Source: Octopus bimaculoides (lineage: Eukaryota). Taken from it: a DNA stretch of 64,000 nucleotides. Numbering within the stretch: the stretch's first letter is position 1; the number at the start of each line of letters is the position of its first letter. Both the position numbers and the translations under genes were made by a program. The notes under the pieces are model-generated. The model saw only the letters and a list, made by a program, of their open reading frames with translations. It made no database searches and was not told where the DNA came from. This document shows, one piece after another, positions 52,767 through 64,000 of the stretch. The DNA lies in assembly GCF_001194135.2 (NCBI RefSeq), contig NC_068981.1, forward strand, positions 191,217,865 to 191,281,864, in the 5' to 3' direction.

Positions 52767-52925
52767 TACACACATATATTAAATACAATGGGCTTCTTTC
52801 AATTTCCATCTATCAAATTCACTCACAAGGCTTTGGCCAGCCCAAGGCTAATATAGAAAACACTTGCCCAAGGTTCCACACACAGTGTTTTTGGGAAGCA
52901 ATCTTCTTAACTATGCAACCACGTC
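52480..52925 (-). mobile_element. SINE family F (family-B head, microsatellite, different 3' half with RTE-type tail)
   Basis: B body at 52790-52925 joined through (CA)n to ccttgtyttgacat...catggggaaatatt...catgcaagcat. The same 3' half occurs at about 30-235 (+) and 61158-61395 (+). Confidence 0.75.
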
Positions 52926-53394
52926 TGTGCTCATCAACTTGAATCTGTTAATTATTTCATAAGATTGATTGATTGTTCATGATAAGAATATATTATAGTT
53001 TATAAATTGCTATTCATCATTCATTGTCAGTCACAAGAATTAAAAACAAAACATTATGTCATTGATGAATTCAAAACAAACATTGTATTGATAAAAGATT
53101 ATACCATTTCTTGAAATGTTCAAAACTAATTTTTAGCACGTCTGTGTAGTTAAGAAGTGAACTTGACAAACACATCAGTCTGGACACAGTCCTACTGCAG
53201 CACCTTGGGAAAGTAGGGAGAGGGCTGGGTTTAGGAGGGTTACTCAGTGCCAGGAACAAAATCAGGGGTAATGGCAGGGTGATGCCATTGGCAAAATGAA
53301 GGGGTTTTCAGGAAAAAAGGGGAGTTGAAATGGGCATTAATGAGTATTTCATGGAAAATAAAGTGGTAAGGGGATAATATTGAATAGGGCCTCA

Positions 53395-53797
53395 TTTTTG
53401 CTTGGATGGGTGAGTCTTCTCAGTCACAACAAATTGCCAATCATTTCAGTCCTTTGTCATCACCTCTGTGAGTCTCAACATCCAAAGGTCATTTTCCATT
53501 TCATCCCATGTCTTTCTGGGTCTCCTTCTTCCACAGGTTCCATTCACAATTAGCAAGTAACTCTTCTTCAATCCATACATATTGTATGACCATACAAGTG
53601 CAGTCTTCTCTCTTGCACATTACACCTGATGCCACTTATGCCCAAATTTTCTCTCAACACATTTGCACTTTGTTGTACTTGCACAGTTAACATTGCACAT
53701 CCAGTGTAGCATTTCAAGCTTCATTTCTTTCTAACATTCACATGTCCTCTGCATTCACAGCTCATGTCTCACTACCATCATACACTCTGCCTTTCTC

Positions 53798-53837
<40 letters not shown>

Positions 53838-54140
53838 TAGCTTTCCAAACTTTCTTCAGTCAGTTCTTATTCTAGCCACTGTTTTCTGAGCATCCTCCTC
53901 CACTGCTAATTAAGGATCCTAGGAAAAAGAAACCATCAATTGCTTCTAAGGATCATCTCAGGCATTCAAGGAGAGGGATTACCTATGTTCTTTGCTTTTA
54001 GTTGTTTCTGCACATCTACCACACACAAACTCTACTTTCACAGTTAGCCTTCCTGTGATTCCACTGCAGCTCTTATGCGTCCACAATTTGCACTGCATAT
54101 GCTGTATGGAATTTCTACCTACACATTCTCTACATCTCAA
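53395..54140 (-). mobile_element. RTE-clade LINE ORF2 3' fragment interrupted by (GA)n
   Basis: Minus strand shows GTCGRRRPRKTWDEMENDLWMLRLTEVMTKD and an upstream LHLYGH-like segment. Confidence 0.7.
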
Positions 54141-56099
54141 TCAGGGCCATTTTCCTGAAGGGTTTGTCTATTTTCATGCTCATTAGAACTTTGGTCTTTA
54201 CTAAGTTAAATTTATGGCTCTTTGATACTAGGTTTTGCTTCCACACCTGGTATTTCTTCTCTAAATCTATTGCAGATTTAGCTGTGACAGGCTTCTTTCA
54301 ATTTGTGTTTGTTAATCCACTCACAAGGCTTTCCCAGAGTGCCACACAGTAGGATTGACCCCAAAACCATATATTTAGCAAGCAAACTTCTTAACCACAC
54401 AGCCATGCCTGAAAGATCTGCTTCCTCTATTTGGTTAAGTCTTGCTTTTGGCTTCATTGGTTGTACTGCAAACTGGAAAAAAAAATATCTGTCTATTTGG
54501 CCTGAACCTGTTTTAATCTTGCTTTACTGTTTGTAGTTGAGTTCCCAATAGACATATTATTCTTATATTTTGACATTTTTCCCCACATAAAACTTAAGCA
54601 TTTTACTTTTATTTATCAATGTAGCATATGAAAGGCTACATGGGACAGAGTTGTTAAATGTTGAAAGTTGTGTTTATTCTCTGGATGAAAGAGCAGAGCT
54701 TGTAAAACTATCATGCTATTTTAACTTGAAACATCTCACCAAATAACAACTATTAATTGGAAATAACAGCTTGATGTATAATATTTAGATTGATATTAAT
54801 ATAATGAGCTACAGCCATAACATGGTTGTTAATGGGACTAGTTTCAATTATAGATCATTTACTTCCTTTCATCTATGTAATTTACAAATTCTGAAACTAT
54901 TTTCACTCAGAAGAATATACTTTCAAGAGAAATATAATTTTGATATCTTTCCATGTCCAGTGCAAATAATAAAAAAAAAAAAAGAAAAGCAAGTTTTATT
55001 TATTTATTTTATTCTTTAGTCCTCTTATTCCTCTGCTCTGTAATGGTTTCAATATGTCACAGCTGTGCTGAGATACATAGATACATTGATAGAGATGTTT
55101 CTGGGGTCTCAGGGAGTTTTGGGGTCTCTTAATGGAGAAAATATAAAGAACATCTTTTTGTATTTTTAACCCTTTGCTTCCTCAGTAGTCCCAAGATACA
55201 TCACACAAATGCTCTGGGATCCATCATTAATGATATTTCTGAAACATTAGAAGGGTTTACCTATCTTCACAGTAATATACAGTAATAAACAATAAAAGCA
55301 AACTTTGGGGGAATTTTAGTCCTTTTATTCCTAACAGAAGTATCATAGATGTCTTTATACATTGGACAAAACTATATTTCATAGAGAGGGCAGGACCTTT
55401 CCATGCAAGCCTTCCCTCTCCCTGTTATTGATGTTTATCCAAGGGAAGTAACATTGACTTGGGTCAAAACAATTTGGCACAGTGTCAATGTAGGTATTGC
55501 TGTCGGAACACAGAGTCAGATAAGCCACCACAAAGAATTTTGCTTGCCCTTTTAATTGTTCTGCAAATTCACTTCTCTGGAATGGTACAGTATTTATGAA
55601 CCCTGAAAGGATGAAATGCAGAGTTGACCTTAGCAGGGTTTCAACTAATAGCATGTAGTGTTAGAACACACTATCCAACATTCTTAATGACTCTGCTAAT
55701 TCCCTGTCTTGGTAGATTTAATCCAACATCCACTTTAACATCCCCTGACCCTCGTGTGCATTCAACGGAGTCTACTTTGTTCTAGGCCTTTGGTTTAAGT
55801 CTCCAGCCTGGATATATCTTCAGCCCTTCTTCTTGGGTCTGAATGACCTATAAATGATGTACATCGAAGACAAAAATGATTTTTTAATTAAAATAAAACA
55901 CATTCTACTGTCTTAAAAAGAAAATGTAATGGTTTTATAGTCTACTGCAGTTTCAGATGTATAAAACACTTGGTCTTGTCTTACTGAAGATATGACAACA
56001 TCTCTAGTGCTGGTGCTATGATACAATTCACCTAGTATATGTTGTATAGTAATTGGTGAAAGAAAGAGTGCCCAGCCATAGAAACCATGACAATGTTGA

Positions 56100-56745
56100 A
56101 GGGAAGATATTAAGATTAGTTGGAACACTCCAATACTTGAATGGTACTTTATTTTATCAACCCTAGTTGGAAGAAAAGTAAGTTGACTCCAGCTGGATTT
56201 GAACTCAGGATGTAAAGAGCCAGAACAAGTATCACAAAGCATTTTCTCAATACTTTAACAAATCTGCCATCTTACCATCTTGATAATGATAATTGCTTCA
56301 AATTTTGGCATAAGGCCAGCAATTTTAGGAGGGGTAAGTCAACACACCAACCCCCAGTGCTTAAATGGTATTTATTTTATCACCTCCATCCCCCAGAAAA
56401 GGAATGAAATGCTAAGTTGACTTTGGTGGAATTTGAACTCAGAGTGTAAAGAGCCAGAAAAAAATGCCACCAAACCTTTTTTTTCTTATACTTTATTGAT
56501 TCTACCAAGCTTCATAATAATAGTAGTTTCAAACTTTGACACAAGGCCAGAAAATTTAGGAGAGAGGGATAATAATCGATTACATTGATATAAGTACTTG
56601 ACTGGTACTTTTACTGACGCTGACAGGATGACAGGCAAAGTTGACCTCAACAGGATTTGAACCCAGAACATAAAGAGCTGGAAGAAATGCTGCTAAGCAA
56701 TTTTGTCTGATGTTCTAATGATTCAGCCAGATTGTTGCCTTTACC
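56100..56745 (-). mobile_element. Three tandem family-C-variant SINEs
   Basis: The ggatttgaactcag...taaagagccagaa head is repeated at about 56195, 56430 and 56655, each with the core block. Confidence 0.7.
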
Positions 56746-56960
56746 TTGGTAAGAACAAGAAGATAATGTTATTGTCTTCAGAACTTCAGAACTTGCTTTA
56801 TCATTTTCCAGAATCTTAATTCTGTTTTCATAAATTTCATTTGTTTTGTATATTTTACGATTTTGTGACCTTGTTTCCATTTTTTTAAAATTAATTTTTA
56901 GTTACTCAGTTATTTGTTATATTATTATTATTTTTTTCTCTCTTTTTCCTTTTTTTTTAG

Positions 56961-57141
56961 CTGACCTTGAGTATCAAAAGAATCAATCGTTACGCACCTG
57001 TATTCACCCAAGACAACTATCTGTTTATTACGCGACGTAATGTTACCGTCGGGAGCTTTGTTGGACAAGTCAGTGCTTTCGATCAAGATGTTGGCCCCAA
57101 CGGTCATATACACATGTACAGGATTTATGGTGGCAATGATG
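56961..57141 (+). CDS. Cadherin-domain protein, exon C (EC1 last strand, linker, first half of EC2)
   Basis: Long polypyrimidine tract ending ttttttttAG|, donor gatg|GTAAGC, phase 0/1. Encodes LTLSIKRINRYAPVFTQDNYLFITRRNVTVGSFVGQVSAFDQDVGPNGHIHMYRIYGGND, with cadherin APVF, VGxVxAxDxDxGxNG and YxIxxGN motifs. Confidence 0.9.
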
Positions 57142-57187
57142 GTAAGCAAACTATTCTTTACAGCTATTACTAGCATATATGTATATA

Positions 57188-57313
57188 CAGGGTGTCCACA
57201 AAGTCTGGGTTCATGGGATTAACACATACTTTAAGAAATTATTATTTCTTATATTTAATTGTTTATGTTATGATATTATTTACTCCATGTACCCAGGCTT
57301 TGTGGACACCCTG
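57188..57313. mobile_element. Tc1/mariner-type MITE (about 126 bp)
   Basis: TA-cagggtgtccacaaag...ctttgtggacaccctg-TA. Confidence 0.85.
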
Positions 57314-57321
57314 TATATTGT

Positions 57322-57700
57322 GGAGGTGCAATGACCCAATGGTTAGGGCAGCGGACTCGCAGTCATAGGATTGCGGTTTCAATTCCCAGACCGGGCGTTG
57401 TAAGTGTTTATTGAGCGAAAACATCTAAAGCTCCACGGGGCTCCAGCAGGGAATAGTGGCAAACCTTACTGTACTCTTTCACCACAACTTTCTCTCACTG
57501 TTTCTTCCTGTTTCTGTCGTACCTGTATTTCAAAGGGCCAGCCTTGTCACACTCTGTGTCATGCTGAATCTCCCTGAGAACGTTGTTAAGAGTACACTTG
57601 TCTGTGGAGTGTTCAGCCACTTGCACGTTAATTTCATGAGCAGGCTGTTCCATTGATCAGATCAATTGGAACCCTCATCATCATAACCAATGAAGTGCTA
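57322..57700 (+). mobile_element. tRNA-derived SINE family D, full length
   Basis: Head ggaggtgcaatgacccaatggttagggc...ggtttcaattcccag, tail gggccagccttgtcacactctgtgtc...gatcaattggaaccctc. Confidence 0.85.
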
Positions 57701-58250
57701 CGATATATATATTACTAGCATATATAATGGTAAGAAATTCTCAAGAGAGCTAAACAAGGTTTTTGAAGAAGAAACACTACTACCACTGCCCCTCACCCTC
57801 AGGCAAGTATTTCAGCCCTTAACTTCTTATACTCCTAGGGAGCCAGGCTGAATCCCAATCATGACTCCTGGGTGCCTTCTACTGACACTTATTAACCACT
57901 TGGATATTTAAACCACTCAGAGAAAGATAGGTGTATGTAGGTAGATATATAGGCTCACACATACACATGTGTACACACGCACACACAAACACACACAAAC
58001 ACGCACACACACACACACACACATATAAAATAGTTTTATTTTGGCCAAATCAGTCTGTTGTTACTCTGAAGTTTCACCTGTGTCTTCATGAGATCATCAG
58101 ACAAATTATGCTTCACAGTAACTAGTAACTGACTTGACCAAAATAGAAATTATTAAGTTCTGCTAGAGTATTGAGTACTTTCTCTTCTGGCAGTTTACAT
58201 TAAATGTGTGTGTGTGTGTGTAAATATATATATATATATATACTCTTAGC

Positions 58251-58660
58251 CTTTTACTCTTTTACTTGTTTCAGTCATTTGACTGTGGCCATGCTGGAGC
58301 ACCGCCTTTATAGTTGAGCAAATCGACCCCAGAGCTTATTCTTTGGAAGCCTAGTACTTATTCTATCAGTCTCTTATGTCAAACCACTAAGTTACGGGGA
58401 TGCAAACACACCAGCATTGGTTGTCAAGTGATGCTGGGGGAACAAACAGACACACAAACATATACACACACCTACACACATATACACATATATATACATA
58501 TACGAAAGGCTTCTTCCAGTTTCTGTCTACCAAATCCACTCACAAGGCTTTGGTCGGCCCAAGGCTATAGAAGACACTTGCCCAAGGTGCCATGCAGTGG
58601 GACTGAACCCAGGACAATGTGGTTGGTAAGCAAGCTACTTACCACACAGCCACTCTTGTG

Positions 58661-58662
<2 letters not shown>
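58251..58662 (-). mobile_element. SINE family B, full length, little diverged
   Basis: Family motifs. Head-only copies at about 5296-5430, 41130-41280, 54280-54410 and 63225-63370. Confidence 0.85.
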
Positions 58663-58723
<61 letters not shown>

Positions 58724-61057
58724 TTTTACTTTTAAACTAGAATATTATTGGCATTAACTTCAGTGTTTGGCCAAAACTTCAAAGTTACTATCAATAATAT
58801 TCTTGTTTAAGAATAATATATTTATACTCTGTAAAAGTATAGAGTAACCCATCAGATTAATGTAAAATTGTTTTTTTTTAACTGAACATAAAAACAATGT
58901 ATTATTAATGTTGCTCCCCCGATGAAAAGGATTGGCCTGCAAGAGCCATGTGCTAATGCCACAGAAAAAGCACTCATACCAGCACCACATTAAAAGCACC
59001 CAGTACACTCTGTAAAGTGGTCGGCATTAGGAAGGGCATCCAGTTGTAAAAACCAAGCTAAATCAAACTGGAACCTCGTGCAGCTCTCTTGCTTGCCAGC
59101 TCTGGTCAACCCGTCCAACCCATAACAGCATGGAAAATGGACATTAAACGAAGAGGAGGAGGATGTATGTATGTAGATGCAAGGCTTTGATCAGTCTGGG
59201 GCTTTGATAAGAAATATTTGTGCCGTGCTTTGCTGTGGGGTTGAACTTGACACTGCTTAGTTATGAAACATGCCAACAACCTTTGCATTGTCAGGAGATT
59301 TCTTTTTAGAATCCCTCTCTTTGTTTAAAACTCTACAATGTAGTTTGTTAATCTACAACAATAATACGGAACTTGAAATGTAAAATTGTATCACTGACCT
59401 TTCAAACTTATCAATATTCCACTAAAATTTTACATTGATTCTCAGGTTTTTCTTATTGATTTTTATGATTAAATGGGGGAAAAAAATGTAAAATTCACTT
59501 TCTTTATAGCTTATTTCAACTAGAAATTCTTTTTTTTTTTNNNNNNNNNNNNNNNNNNNNNNNNNNNNNNNNNNNNNNNNNNNNNNNNNNNNNNNNNNNN
59601 NNNNNNNNNNNNNNNNNNNNNNNNNNNNNNNNNNNNNNNNNNNNNNNNNNNNNNNNNNNNNNNNNNNNNNNNNNNNNNNATATATATATATATCTGTAAT
59701 ATATATATATATATATATAATGTGTGATATATATATATATATATATATATATTATTTCATAAGTCTTTTATTCTTTCTTTTTTTTTTTCATCCAAATAAT
59801 TCACTATGGAAATATTCTTATGGCAACTATTAATTAGAGGTTTTGCTTTTTTATGTTTGTTGTTTTTTTTTGTTTTTATATTGTAACCAAAAGATAATTC
59901 AAAAGACATCTTTAATATTTTTTTTCTTTATACATTTATTATTATATTTCTTACAATGTACTACCAATTCTATCATGGCTTTTAAGTAATTGAACAGTTT
60001 CCGGAATTGTTTTTGTGCCAGTGGGGCTGGTGGCTGGGTAGGTGGTTCCGTTACTTTTCATCTGATGGCTTTCGCCGTCTTACAATAGAGTCATGTATCT
60101 TGTAGCATTATCTTTACTCCATTTATCGTATTTGTAAAATTATAATTTCAAAAAGAAATTTACAGGTGTTCAACCTGAAACTTAGAAATGGAATTTGCTT
60201 CAGACATTCAAATATAATGGTATATCAGGAATTAATAACAGCTTCAGAAATGTTTCTTCTTGTTTAACAGCTTCTGTCAAGAGGAGGTAATTGTGATGGT
60301 GACCTTCACTGCTTCCTCATGATTGGTCAAATTGATGTGATTGATATTCAACCTGGGCAGCTGCCAGACAGCATCTTAGCAGAAACATCGTTTGGGATGT
60401 TGAGGTGCTAGAGAGTTACGAAGAGCAAAGACCATGGTAACAGTGGTAGAAAAAAGCAAAAGGAAGAGACATGTGGCTGATGGTCAGAGCTTGTAATGTA
60501 TTTGTGAGTGAATCCATCTAATATATGGTTGTGAGTGTAGCATTAATACATGGCTATATAACATGTGGACCATTTCTGCTGTTCCCAACACTATTCTTCC
60601 TTTTACAAACAAATGCAACAGCAGCAGCTATACAACCACAACGTCCATTTCGTTTTTTGTGTGGCCTTGTGGTTAGGGTGTTGCACTCATGATCACTAGT
60701 TTGTGGGTTCAATTCCCAGACTGAGTGGCATGTTGTATTCATGAGCAAAACACTTCCTTTCACATTGCTCCAGTCCACTCAGCTGTAAGTGGGTACACCC
60801 TACAATGGACTAGCTTTCCAAGTGAGTGGGGGTGGGGGAGGGGTTGGCCAGCTCACTTAGCCAGCCGGGTGACATCATTCAAAAGCTAAAAAAATGATGC
60901 AAAGTAGATTGTGACTAATGAGGCACAGCAACATCCAATAGTCTGGTCAATCACAGTCAAATGAATTTCTACAGAGAGATACAAAATCTCTTTTAATAAA
61001 TCCAAAATAATGGAAGATATTAATCATTGTCAAAAACCGTCATGTCTGAGAAGCTTG

Positions 61058-61088
<31 letters not shown>

Positions 61089-61096
61089 AGTATGTA

Positions 61097-61159
<63 letters not shown>

Positions 61160-61563
61160 CCTTGTCTTGACATCACGTGATAATTGCAAATGAACATCAT
61201 CATTATGCAAGTGATGTTGTTTGTTTCCATTCTTCCACAAAAAACATGCTTGAGCATGGGGGAAATATTACTTTGCTTGGAAAAACATGCAGGTTGGTGA
61301 CAGGAAAGGCATCTAGCCATAGAAAATTTGTCTCTATGAATTCCATCTGATCCATGCAATTATGGAAAAGTGAACTTTAAATGATGATGACAGTGGTGGT
61401 GGCGGTAGCAATGGTGGTGATGATGATGATGGTGAACTTTTAGCTAAACAAGGACCATCATCTTTGTGTTGCTTTATTTAGCAATCAGCCCATCTCTTTT
61501 ATATTGTCTTTAACACAGTATAACAGAAATCCTTTAAAAACAATTGCAAGTCAAAATTTTCCT

Positions 61564-61971
61564 TTAACCTTTTTGTCACCATATTTCTGTTTAAATACTC
61601 TGCTGTTGTTTCAATTGATTTAGAAAATAAACAAAGAATTTGATAAAACAATTTCATCATTATTAACGCTTTAGCTTCCAGATTAGCCTGTCAAACACAA
61701 TGTTTATTGACATTGTCTTGAATTATTCATACAATATTTCACAGCTTCAAGATTTTGATAATGTAATAGTTTAGTTATCAACTGATATTGTACAGTAAGG
61801 CATGAGAGGCCAGATATGGCCAGTTAAAATGCAAATGCGTTAATCGTATGTTTAGAGCATAAATTAACATGAAATTTTGATGGTAGGTATTAAATTAGAT
61901 TACTTTACAACAGCAAGTTCGTATCTGAGAACCATGGATAGTGTCAGGCAGGTTAGCATCAAAAGGGTTAA
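61564..61971 (+). mobile_element. Longer piggyBac-type MITE relative
   Basis: ttaaccttttt-gtcaccatatttctgtt...agcatcaaaagggttaa; both ends match the shorter family. Confidence 0.6.
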
Positions 61972-62376
61972 AAAGAATTCAGAGTTTGTAAAATAAGTTA
62001 AGCAACTCAAAAGACTGAAAATTTAAATATTTTTCTTCTGGTTCCTGATCAAATTCAAGTTTAAGCATAAAGTTGTCAACTTCCAAGTTGCTTAGATATT
62101 TCTATGTCAACTTTTAACTTGCTCCAATATTTGTATGCCAACTTATAACCTTGTCCAATAAGTATGCTAACTTGTAGTAACCTATGTCAGCTTGTAACTT
62201 CTTCACACACCTGTATGCCATTAAACTGACCAATGTTAAACAATGGCATCACATAAATCTCAATTCCACACTAGTGTTGCTGACAACAGGTTCTACTTGA
62301 ATCAATGAAGGAGCCTCTACTCAGGTGATCAACTTGCTAGAAATAACAATCAAATCTCTCTCCAATAACATTGATA

Positions 62377-63038
62377 TTGTGTTCAGTCAAAACTTCTGCA
62401 ATATTTTGGTAACTTATTTACTTTATTCATCAAGTCACAACAAAAGCATCTTGTTGCACTGTTTGAAGCCACCTTTCTGCTAGTTCTTTGATCCCATGTT
62501 GACACCAGTTCTTAGTCTTTGAGGTGAAGAACTCCTTCACTGAAGCTTCCGCCTCCACTTGTTCCAATGCATGGCTCACTTCCAGCACTTCAACGAAAGG
62601 GAGGTGGAAGCTTCAGTGAAGGAGTTCTTTGTCTCGAAGGACCAGAACTAGCATCAGCATGAGATCAAAGACTGCCAGAAAGGTGGTGAGCTGGCAGAAA
62701 TGTTAGCACGCCGGGCAAAATGTTTAGCAGTATTTCATCTGCCATTACGTTCTGAGTTCAAATTCCACCGAGGTCGACTTTGCCTTTCATCCTTTCAGGA
62801 TCGATAAATTAAGTACCAATTATGCACTGGGGTCGATGTAATCGACTTAATCCCTTTGTTTGTCCTTGTTTGTCCCCTATGTGTTTAGCCCCTTGTGGGC
62901 AATAAACAAATAAGAAAGGTGACTTCAGACCATGCAACATGATGGCCTCTACTTTGAGTGTTAGGATGGGTTTCGTGTAACTTGATGAATAAAACAAATG
63001 AGTTACTAAACTGTTGCAAAACATTTGACTCAACACAA
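62377..63038. mobile_element. Fold-back mariner-derived element (two inverted copies of a mariner 3' end)
   Basis: Left arm 62377-62556 matches the reverse complement of the right arm 62600-63038 once the inserted SINE is removed. The right arm translates to HFNEREVEASVKEFFVSKDQN...QTMQHDGLYFE. Termini are TA-ttgtgtt and aacacaa. Confidence 0.75.
62686..62912 (+). mobile_element. SINE family C inserted in the fold-back mariner element
   Basis: Near-identical to 1651-1883; flanking direct repeat agaaaggtg at 62677-85 and 62913-21. Confidence 0.9.
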
Positions 63039-63489
63039 TCATATTGTGTGAAGGGAAGGATAAAGGATATATTGAGAATATAACCTGTGGTAAACTGTCA
63101 GATAAGATAGGGTGGTCAAGGCTAGAATGTCTTTGATCGTAGGATTACTCTAGAGCTAACAACAACATCAACAATAGGTTGTATTTGGATTTAACAGATC
63201 TCTGATAAATGGTGGGAGTATATGTAAGGTTAAGAAGTCTGCTCCCTAACCATATGGTTTCAGGTTCTGTCCCATTGTGCAACACCTTGGCTGTCTTCTG
63301 CCATAGCCCCAGGCTAACCAAAGTTTCGTGAGAGGATTTGGTAGACAGAAACTAAAAGAAACCTCTATGTTGTCGTATAAAAGTAGGGACACATTAGATA
63401 ATGCAGTCCTATATCCAAATTATATTATTTTTATACTTGCTGAGTGTGAAGGAAGGGTCAGAGCCCATGACCCTTACAGACACTCCAAG

Positions 63490-63825
63490 ACTGGTGAGAT
63501 TGATTGGTGCTATTAATGTTGGTTTTAAACTGTTATAAGTCAACACTTACAGGAAAGACATAAGCAAGGAGGAGATTCCAGAAGGATGATGTCCAGAGGA
63601 AGAAAGACTGGGAATTGTAGTTGGTACAGTGAAAGGAGGTGGGTGGATGCAACAAGGATGATGAGAGGCAGAAGTGAGTGAGTCAGAAATACCTGAGTGA
63701 TTGAGGTATGATACTGGCTGTAACTGAGAACTCAAGGCCTTTAAAGGTGATAGAAAAGACAGAGTAGATAGTACACCTGTAAGCCAGAGGCAAGATTTTG
63801 TCTGCTGGTGATGGAATGTCAATCA
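63490..63825 (-). mobile_element. Jockey/CR1-group LINE ORF2 C-terminal fragment
   Basis: Minus strand QSFFLWTSSFWNLLLAYVFPVSVDL*QFKTNINS resembles the SFFxRTxxLWNxLPxxVFP LINE C-terminus. Confidence 0.55.
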
Positions 63826-64000
63826 GTTAGAGGCTCTGCTTTAGATATTGTAGTCTCAACACACAGTGTTTTGTAGAAAGATGGGATGGTCACAACTGGA
63901 ATGCCTTTGATCTTAAGTCTGCATAATTGCAGCCAATTTGAAGCTAAGCAATAACAACTACTACAACACCGTCTAGTTTCAGTGTGTGAACCATTAATGC

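Noticed and set aside
33179-57141. Assignment as an octopus clustered protocadherin or a named cadherin gene
   Set aside because: The EC domains are split by large introns and the sequence is too partial and divergent to name without a search.
60166-60410. Candidate next exon after exon C (acceptors at 60165 and 60270)
   Set aside because: In the required phase 1 both hit stops within 7 codons, and the open frame has no cadherin motif.

Overview
AT-rich, repeat-dense eukaryotic DNA with eight N-gaps. The SINE families, internal (AT)n/(GT)n microsatellites and RTE relics point to an Octopus (coleoid cephalopod) genome; this is an inference from repeat content. The only supportable host gene is a + strand, multi-exon cadherin-domain gene. 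Three exons (33179-33876, 38116-38214, 56961-57141) splice in frame into a partial protein of about 325 aa: hydrophobic N-terminal stretch, Ser/Thr-rich region, RVKK basic site, Cys-bearing EC1, and an EC1-EC2 linker lacking the canonical Ca2+ residues. No upstream or downstream exon was identified. The rest is mobile DNA: several modular tRNA-derived SINE families (labelled A-G here, my own labels), RTE, CR1 and jockey-like LINE relics, a DD37D Tc1/mariner transposase relic, and piggyBac-, hAT- and Tc1/mariner-type MITEs with visible TSDs. Most notable: a 142-bp inverted repeat of Penelope-like termini carrying a minimal, dimer-type hammerhead ribozyme that is intact in one arm; a 67-bp 28S rRNA fragment; and several fold-back or inverted-repeat structures, three of them inside the cadherin introns. 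Repeat boundaries are approximate (about 10-20 bp) unless a TSD is quoted.
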